From positions 779-64,778 of the forward strand of contig JAPLCM010000114.1 of NCBI GenBank assembly GCA_026392275.1: a DNA stretch of 64,000 nucleotides, given 5' to 3'. Position numbers and translations under genes: made by a program. Source of the stretch: Actinomycetota bacterium (GTDB lineage: Bacteria > Actinomycetota > Thermoleophilia > UBA2241). The notes beneath the pieces are model-generated. The model was not told the DNA's origin, did not search any database, and worked only from the letters and a program-made list of their open reading frames with translations. Shown in pieces: positions 58,537-64,000 of the stretch (the stretch's first letter is position 1; each line of letters opens with the position of its first letter).

Positions 58537-61404
58537 ATGAGCGCCCGCCACCGCATCCCCGACGTCACGCCGCAGGGGCGCGCCGCCGGCGAAGCGCTGC
58601 GGCGCGCGGCCTCAGGCTCCGTCTCCACGTCGCCGTTGACGCGCTGGCTGTACGCGACCGACGCCTCGATCTACCGCGTCGTGCCCGATGTGGTACTCGT
58701 TGCGGAGGAGGTCGCCGATCTGCACGCCGCCGCCGAGGTCGCCGCCGAGTTCGGCGTGCCGCTGGTGGCCCGCGGCGCCGCCACCAGCCTCGCGGGCCAG
58801 GCCATCGGCCCCGGCATCGCCGTCGACTGCTTCAAGCTCGATCGCATCCTGGCCATCGACCCCGAGAAGCGCACCGCCCGTGTCGAACCGGGCGTGATCC
58901 AGGCGTCGCTGAACCGTGCCGCCGCCAACTTTGGTCTCGAGTTCGGGCCCGACACCTCCACGGTGGACCAGGCCACGATCGGCGGCATGCTGGGCAACAA
59001 CTCCTCAGGGTCGCGCTCCATCGTCTACGGGGAGACGAAAGACAAGGTCCTGCGCGTCCACGCCGTCCTCGTGGGCGGCGGGCCGCTGATCTTCGGGCGC
59101 TGCCGCGGCGCCGATCTCGGGAGCGGGCTGACAGGGGCGGGGTCGGCTGGGCCGGCGGCGAACCTCGCGGAGATCCGCGAGCGCTATCGTCGGCCGATCA
59201 CCGAGGATCCCCCGCGTACTCGGCGCTGCACCTCCGGCTACAACCTGCGGGAGCTGCTCGAGCCGGCGCCGAACCTCGCGAAGCTGCTGGCCGGGTCCGA
59301 GGGAACGCTGGCCCTGTTCACCGAGCTCGAGGTGGCTCTCGACCCCCTCCCCGCGGCGCGCGCCGGCGCGGCGCTGGCCTTCGCCACCCTGCGCGAGGCC
59401 CTGGAGGCCAACGTCGCGATCCTCGACACAGGCCCGTCCGCGGTCGAGCTTCTCGACCTCCAGCCGTTGCGGGCGGCGCCGAACCTCGCGACGTTCACCC
59501 GCATGGCGCCGCTGCTTGCCGGCGAGGAGCGGGCGCTGCTCACCGTGGAGTACCAGGGCAGCGCCGACGAAGCGCGCGCCGGGCTCGACAGGCTGCGCGC
59601 GCTCTCCGGCGGCCTCGCCGTGAGCCGGCTGGAGTGGCTGGAGGATAAGGCAGCGCTCGCCGAGGCCGCCGCTTTGCGCCGCGCCGTCCTGCCGCTGCTC
59701 ATGGGAGCCCCCGGCGCCGAGCGACCGGTCGCCTTCGTCGAAGACACGGCGGTGGCCGCGCGGCGACTCCCCGCCTTCGTGGACGAGTTCGAGCGTCTCG
59801 TGGCGGCCGCAGGCGCGCGCGCCTCGTTCACGGGGCACGCCTCCGCCGGGTGCATGCACGTACGGCCGCTGCTCGACCTCAAGTCGGCGGCCGGCGTGCG
59901 CCGCATGGAGACGCTGGCCGCGGCCGTCGGGCTCCTGGTCGCCGAGTATCACGGCGCGATCTCGGGGGAGCACGGCGTCGGGCGTTCGCGAAGCTGGGCG
60001 CTGCCCGGCCTGCTCGGCCCGGACCTCTATGCGGCCATGGTCGCGCTCAAGGGCGCCTTCGACCCTCGGCGTCTTCTGGGGCCGGGCACCATCGTCGACG
60101 GCCCCGCCGTGGCCGAGTCTCTGCGCTACGGCGCCGATTACCGCGGCGACGGCGCCTGGGCGCCGCGGCTCTCGTATGCGGCCGAGGGCGGCTTCGACCT
60201 GGCCGTGGAGAGATGCTTCGGCGCGGGGCTCTGCAAGAAGCTCACGGGGACCATGTGCCCGCCGGCCGCGGTCAGTCGCAACGAGGCGTACACCACGCGC
60301 GCCAGAGCCAACGCCCTGCAGGGCGTCCTCTGCGGCGCCGTCCCGCTGGCGGCCATCGGCGCCGACGAGTTCCGCCGGGTGCTCGGCACCTGCGTGTCCT
60401 GCAAGGCCTGCAAGACGGAGTGCCCGGCCGGCGTCGACATGGCCGCTCTCAAGACGGAGTGGCTTGCCGAGCTCCGCGCCAGAGAGGGCCTGCCGGCCCT
60501 GGCGCGCGGCATCGGCGAGTTCCGCCGCCTTGCGGCTCTGGCCTCGTCGGCGGCGCCGCTCGTGAACGCCGCCGCGAGGACTCGCGCCGTGCGCCTGATC
60601 AGCGATCGCGCCGGCGTCGCTCACCAGCGGCCCTTGCCGTCGTTCGCACGGCGGCCGCTCACAAGGCGGCTGGCAGGGGCGCCGACACGCGCCGGCGCGG
60701 CGCTGTTCGTCGACTGCTTCGTGCAGTACCAGGAGCCTCAGGTCGGCGAGGCGCTGGCGAGCCTCCTGCGGGCCGCCGGCGTCGAGTTCTCTCTCGTGGA
60801 CGCCGGCTGCTGTGGACGCACTGCACTCTCCACCGGGCAGATCGACAAGGCGCGCGCGGCAGCCGCAACGGCGCTGGCTGCGCTGCACGAACGCGCCGTG
60901 CGCGGCTGCGATCTGCTGTTCATCGAGCCCAGCTGCCTGTCGATGGTGTGCGACGACTGGCGGCGCCTGCTTCCGCACGATCCGCGCGTCGCCGCGGTGG
61001 CCGCGGCCGCCCGCCCCGCGCTGGGTCTGGTCGCCGACCTCGCCGAGACGGGCCGCCTGCACTTCCATGCCGGCGGCCGCGCTCTGCTCCACAGCCACTG
61101 CCACGAGAAGGCGCTGTCGTTCGCGGCGGCCACCGGGCGCGCTCTCGCGGCTGTGCCGGACCTCGAGGTCGAAGTGCTCGACGCCGGCTGCTGCGGCATG
61201 TCGGGCGTGTTCGGCTACGAGGCCGAGCACTACGACTTGAGCGTCGCGATGGCGGAACGCGTGCTGCTGCCGGCGGTGCGCGCCGAGGGGCCGGAGGCGG
61301 CCGTGCTGGCGACCGGCACGTCGTGCCGGTCGCAGATCCACGACCTCGCCGGCCGCCGCGCCGTGCATCCGCTCGAGTTTCTCGCGGCGCGCCTCGAACG
61401 CTGA
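58537..61404 (+). CDS. FAD-binding (GlcD-like) plus Fe-S/CCG-domain (GlcF-like) fusion oxidoreductase
   Basis: FAD-binding PCMH region VARGAATSLAGQ, ferredoxin-type C-x2-C-x2-C-x3-CP (CVSCKACKTECP), and two C-terminal CCG motifs (DAGCCGR, DAGCCGM). Confidence 0.9.
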   Translation: MSARHRIPDVTPQGRAAGEALRRAASGSVSTSPLTRWLYATDASIYRVVPDVVLVAEEVADLHAAAEVAAEFGVPLVARGAATSLAGQAIGPGIAVDCFKLDRILAIDPEKRTARVEPGVIQASLNRAAANFGLEFGPDTSTVDQATIGGMLGNNSSGSRSIVYGETKDKVLRVHAVLVGGGPLIFGRCRGADLGSGLTGAGSAGPAANLAEIRERYRRPITEDPPRTRRCTSGYNLRELLEPAPNLAKLLAGSEGTLALFTELEVALDPLPAARAGAALAFATLREALEANVAILDTGPSAVELLDLQPLRAAPNLATFTRMAPLLAGEERALLTVEYQGSADEARAGLDRLRALSGGLAVSRLEWLEDKAALAEAAALRRAVLPLLMGAPGAERPVAFVEDTAVAARRLPAFVDEFERLVAAAGARASFTGHASAGCMHVRPLLDLKSAAGVRRMETLAAAVGLLVAEYHGAISGEHGVGRSRSWALPGLLGPDLYAAMVALKGAFDPRRLLGPGTIVDGPAVAESLRYGADYRGDGAWAPRLSYAAEGGFDLAVERCFGAGLCKKLTGTMCPPAAVSRNEAYTTRARANALQGVLCGAVPLAAIGADEFRRVLGTCVSCKACKTECPAGVDMAALKTEWLAELRAREGLPALARGIGEFRRLAALASSAAPLVNAAARTRAVRLISDRAGVAHQRPLPSFARRPLTRRLAGAPTRAGAALFVDCFVQYQEPQVGEALASLLRAAGVEFSLVDAGCCGRTALSTGQIDKARAAAATALAALHERAVRGCDLLFIEPSCLSMVCDDWRRLLPHDPRVAAVAAAARPALGLVADLAETGRLHFHAGGRALLHSHCHEKALSFAAATGRALAAVPDLEVEVLDAGCCGMSGVFGYEAEHYDLSVAMAERVLLPAVRAEGPEAAVLATGTSCRSQIHDLAGRRAVHPLEFLAARLER

Positions 61405-61446
61405 GCGTCCGTCTGCTCTCCCCACCACTGTCGCCGCGCGTGTACC

Positions 61447-61635
61447 ATGGGCGGCGTGAACCTCGTGATCACGATTGCCGGGATCGTCGGGCTGGTCGTG
61501 GCGGGCTACGGCTTCGTCACGCTGAGCATCGACGCTTGGCGCAGCCGTCAGTATCTCGACATCGTCCTGGCGGCCTGCGTCGCGCTCGCTATGGTCGTGC
61601 TTCTCGTTGCGTACGGAGACCGTCTTCTGCGGTAG
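61447..61635 (+). CDS. 62-aa two-TM membrane protein (hypothetical)
   Basis: MGGVNLVITIAGIVGLVVAGYGFV...IVLAACVALAMVVLLVAYG, with coding-like composition. There is no clear SD. Confidence 0.45.
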   Translation: MGGVNLVITIAGIVGLVVAGYGFVTLSIDAWRSRQYLDIVLAACVALAMVVLLVAYGDRLLR

Positions 61636-61873
61636 CCTGTCTGACGCCGGCGGAGGGCACTCGCCGGTCCTCCGCGCGATGCGCTGCTAAGGTCGGCGCC
61701 GGATGTTGCCGATACCCGCAAAGGTCCGCCGCGGGGGGAAATCGTGTCCGCAGCGCGAATCTGGCAACCGCGGAGACGCCGCCGCACGCGGCGCCGGCAC
61801 GTGCAGGCACCGGAGCGGGGCACAGGGGGCCGGCGAGGACCCGGCACCTTCGCCGGAGCTGGAGAGTGAGCTG

Positions 61874-62458
61874 ATGGCCAAGCGCATCCTGATCGTGGAC
61901 GACGAGCCCGATATCCGGAGGCTCGTCGCCGAGGCCCTGGAGGTCACAGGCTACGACGTGCGCACGGCCGCGAACGGCGAGGAGGCCATTCGCGAAGGCT
62001 CGCTCTACATCCCCGACCTCGTGCTCCTCGACATCATGATGCCCGACATGGACGGGTTCGCCGTGTACGAACGCCTGCGGGCCAGGCCTGTGGATCTCAG
62101 GTCGCCGATCATCTTCCTCACGGCGCGGCGCGAGATCAGCGACAAGCTCCTGGGCTTCGAGAAGGGCGCTGCCGACTACATCACCAAGCCGTTTCACATC
62201 AAGGAACTGCTGGCGCGCGTCAAGGTGCACCTCGGCGAGCTGGCGCCGCCAAAGGGCGACGTCCCCAACCCCCTCACCGATCGAGAGCTCGAGGTCCTTG
62301 GGCTGCTGTCGGTCGGCAAGACCTACAAGCAGGTCGCGCGGGCCCTCGACCTCTCGCAGAGCACGGTGCGGAACCACCTGCACAACGTCTACCACAAGCT
62401 CAACGTGGTCGACCGCGCGCAGGCGGTCATCGTCAGCCGCGAGAACGGCTGGATCTAG
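61874..62458 (+). CDS. response regulator with LuxR/FixJ-type HTH output
   Basis: Receiver ILIVDDEPDI...DLVLLDIMMP...ADYITKPF. Output LTDRELEVLGLLSVGKTYKQVARALDLSQSTVRNHLHNVYHKLNV. Start at MAKRIL with a GGAGAG SD. Confidence 0.9.
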   Translation: MAKRILIVDDEPDIRRLVAEALEVTGYDVRTAANGEEAIREGSLYIPDLVLLDIMMPDMDGFAVYERLRARPVDLRSPIIFLTARREISDKLLGFEKGAADYITKPFHIKELLARVKVHLGELAPPKGDVPNPLTDRELEVLGLLSVGKTYKQVARALDLSQSTVRNHLHNVYHKLNVVDRAQAVIVSRENGWI

Positions 62459-62459
62459 C

Positions 62460-62735
62460 TCAGGACGCGGAGAACGGCATGTCGGGCAGCGACCACACGA
62501 CCTCGCCGTCGCGACGGTCGCCGTGGCGGCGCTCGCTGAACGGTCCGGCGCCGGAGACCCAGCGTGGGTGCCGGCGCTCGCCGGCGCGCCGGTCGACGAC
62601 GACCCTGACGTCGTCGCGGCCGGCGAACTGCTGCGTGAGGCGCTCGTAGAAGAAGCCTTCGAGCTGGCGCGGGATCACGATCACTCTGGGCTGCACGCTC
62701 TGCTTCGACGCGGGCATGCGGTACCTCCTCGACAC
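62460..62735 (-). CDS. small hypothetical protein with a VVDRRAGERR...SERRHGDRR motif
   Basis: 91-aa ORF with normal composition in the N-terminal half (VIVIPRQLEGFFYERLTQQFAGRDDVRVVVDRRAGERR). Its stop lies 1 nt from the stop of the convergent response regulator. The start may be MPASKQ (62717). Confidence 0.5.
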   Translation of the reverse strand: MSRRYRMPASKQSVQPRVIVIPRQLEGFFYERLTQQFAGRDDVRVVVDRRAGERRHPRWVSGAGPFSERRHGDRRDGEVVWSLPDMPFSAS

Positions 62736-62813
62736 CCGTACGTTACCACTTCAGGTGCCGTGACATTCGCCGTCGCCGTCGGCATCTCCTTGGATGGGCT
62801 CAGACGGGCTGCG

Positions 62814-64000
62814 TCAGGCGTTACCGACCTGGGCTACGGCCGCGTCCCCGGCGGCTCCCAGCGGCGCCTCTGCTGTGGTGGCGACGCTCTCCTCTTTGAT
62901 GCTACGGCGGAGCAACAAGGCGCACAGACCGCCGCCGGCGGCGATGATGACGGCGACGATGAACGAAGTGGCCACGGCGTCGGTGAACCAGCCCTGGAAC
63001 AGGGACGTCATCATCGCCCGGGCCGTGGCCGGCAGGTCGGCCGTGCCCGCCGGCATGCCCATCTGCAGGCCGCCGCCGGCGGCGCCGGCGATGATCCTCT
63101 GCTTGACGGCCTCAGGGAGGCCCTGTACGGCCTCGATGCCCGTGGTGACGTTGGCCGTGACCCGGTTCTGCAGCACGGCTCCCAATATGGCGATGCCCAT
63201 GAGGCTGCCCACCTGGCGCATCGTCGACAGGACGCCGGAGGCGTTGCCAACCCGTTCCTTGGGCGCGGATGCCATCACCGCGGACGTCACCGGCGCGACG
63301 GCGAGGCCGATGCCGATGCCCGAAAGCAGGAACGGCACCAGCAGGCTCAGCGACGTGGTGCTCGGTGAGATCTTGTCGACGCCGGGCACGAGGCCGGCCA
63401 TCCAGCCGAGCCCGAAGGCGAGGATGAACATGCCGGTGGCGACGATCCACTTGCTGCCGACCCGGTCGGACAGCATGCCGGCCACCGGCGCCGCGAAGAT
63501 GATGACCACCGACAGGGGAGCCATCACGAGGCCGGCCTTGATGGCGCTGAAGCCGAGCACCGACTGCAGGAAGATCGGGATCGTGAAGAAGGCGCCCATC
63601 ATGGCGGCGCTGAGCAGCAGACCGGTGGCGTTGCCGGCGGCGAAGTTCAGGCTGCGAAAGAGCGAGAAGTCGATGAGCGGCTGGCTTACGCGGTGCTCGC
63701 GCCAGTAGAAGACGGCGAAGGCCACGACGGCGCCGGCGAAGAGCCCGAGGATCGTGGCTGAGGTCCAGCCGTACTTCTGCCCCTCGATCAGCGCGAAGGT
63801 GAGGCAGAACAGCGACGTGGAGATGAGCCCGACGCCCGGGAGGTCCAGCGTCTGCACGGCGGTCGGGTTCTTGCTCTCCGGCACGAGGCGCAGGGCGAGG
63901 ACCACGCCGACGACCCCGACGGGGATGTTGACGAGGAAGATCCAGCGCCAGCTGCCGGCCGCGGACGGCCAGGTGACGTACTGGATGATGATGCCGCCAA
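62814..64000 (-). CDS. DHA2 (EmrB/QacA-type, 14-TMS) MFS transporter; 5' end outside the window
   Basis: The reading frame is open to the window edge (...WRWIFLVNIPVGVVGVVLALRLVPESK, a typical DHA2 TM5-6 loop). Eight or more further TM helices lie downstream. Confidence 0.85.
   Translation of the reverse strand, partial: GGIIIQYVTWPSAAGSWRWIFLVNIPVGVVGVVLALRLVPESKNPTAVQTLDLPGVGLISTSLFCLTFALIEGQKYGWTSATILGLFAGAVVAFAVFYWREHRVSQPLIDFSLFRSLNFAAGNATGLLLSAAMMGAFFTIPIFLQSVLGFSAIKAGLVMAPLSVVIIFAAPVAGMLSDRVGSKWIVATGMFILAFGLGWMAGLVPGVDKISPSTTSLSLLVPFLLSGIGIGLAVAPVTSAVMASAPKERVGNASGVLSTMRQVGSLMGIAILGAVLQNRVTANVTTGIEAVQGLPEAVKQRIIAGAAGGGLQMGMPAGTADLPATARAMMTSLFQGWFTDAVATSFIVAVIIAAGGGLCALLLRRSIKEESVATTAEAPLGAAGDAAVAQVGNA

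Overview
This is a high-GC (roughly 70%) chromosomal segment. Its gene content and codon style look like a high-GC Gram-positive (Actinomycetota-like) lineage, but that is inference only. I support about 55 protein-coding genes, three 5'-truncated gene remnants (8224-8523, 8571-8948, 22959-23160), one gene that appears 3'-truncated (2391-4292) and one apparently frameshifted gene (42343-44105). I also call several strong GC-rich terminator hairpins and a few promoter or operator candidates. I saw no rRNA, tRNA, CRISPR array, transposase, integrase or obvious prophage or defence island. All protein calls rest on motifs I recognise by eye in the supplied translations, because no database search was possible. 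Many long ORFs in the track are antisense 'shadow' ORFs typical of high-GC DNA, and I ignored them.

Gene content:
- Housekeeping and redox genes: thrC, galE, ccdA with a resA-like gene, a GlcD/GlcF-type fusion, an arfB-like gene and an AlkA-like gene.
- Many transporters and regulators (PadR, MarR, Rrf2, two response regulators).
- Secreted proteases of families C1 and M6.

Observations worth a second look:
1. A secreted papain-like protease lies next to a five-module chagasin (I42)-type lipoprotein.
2. A 1460-aa fused double BcrAD/HgdC-type activase plus DUF2229 protein sits directly upstream of an orphan non-pyrrolysine MttB-family methyltransferase.
3. Three small ORFs share a 'V-x-DRR-x-GERR' arginine-rich motif. 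One of them falls below the track's 60-aa cut-off. Two sit beside response regulators and one sits upstream of the giant activase.
4. An MBOAT + SGNH (DUF459) acylation cassette is tandemly duplicated, and a third, orphan SGNH copy lies nearby.
5. A NOX-like haem/FAD reductase is followed by a 29-aa transmembrane micro-ORF with a perfect Shine-Dalgarno (SD) sequence.
6. A DUF885 gene is separated from its own Tat/lipoprotein signal peptide by a one-base frame change at a G4 run.
7. A CobB/CbiA-like protein has lost both its P-loop and its amidotransferase cysteine.
8. A two-gene operon encodes unusual fusions (HAD-PurM-like and PHP-half-GT4).
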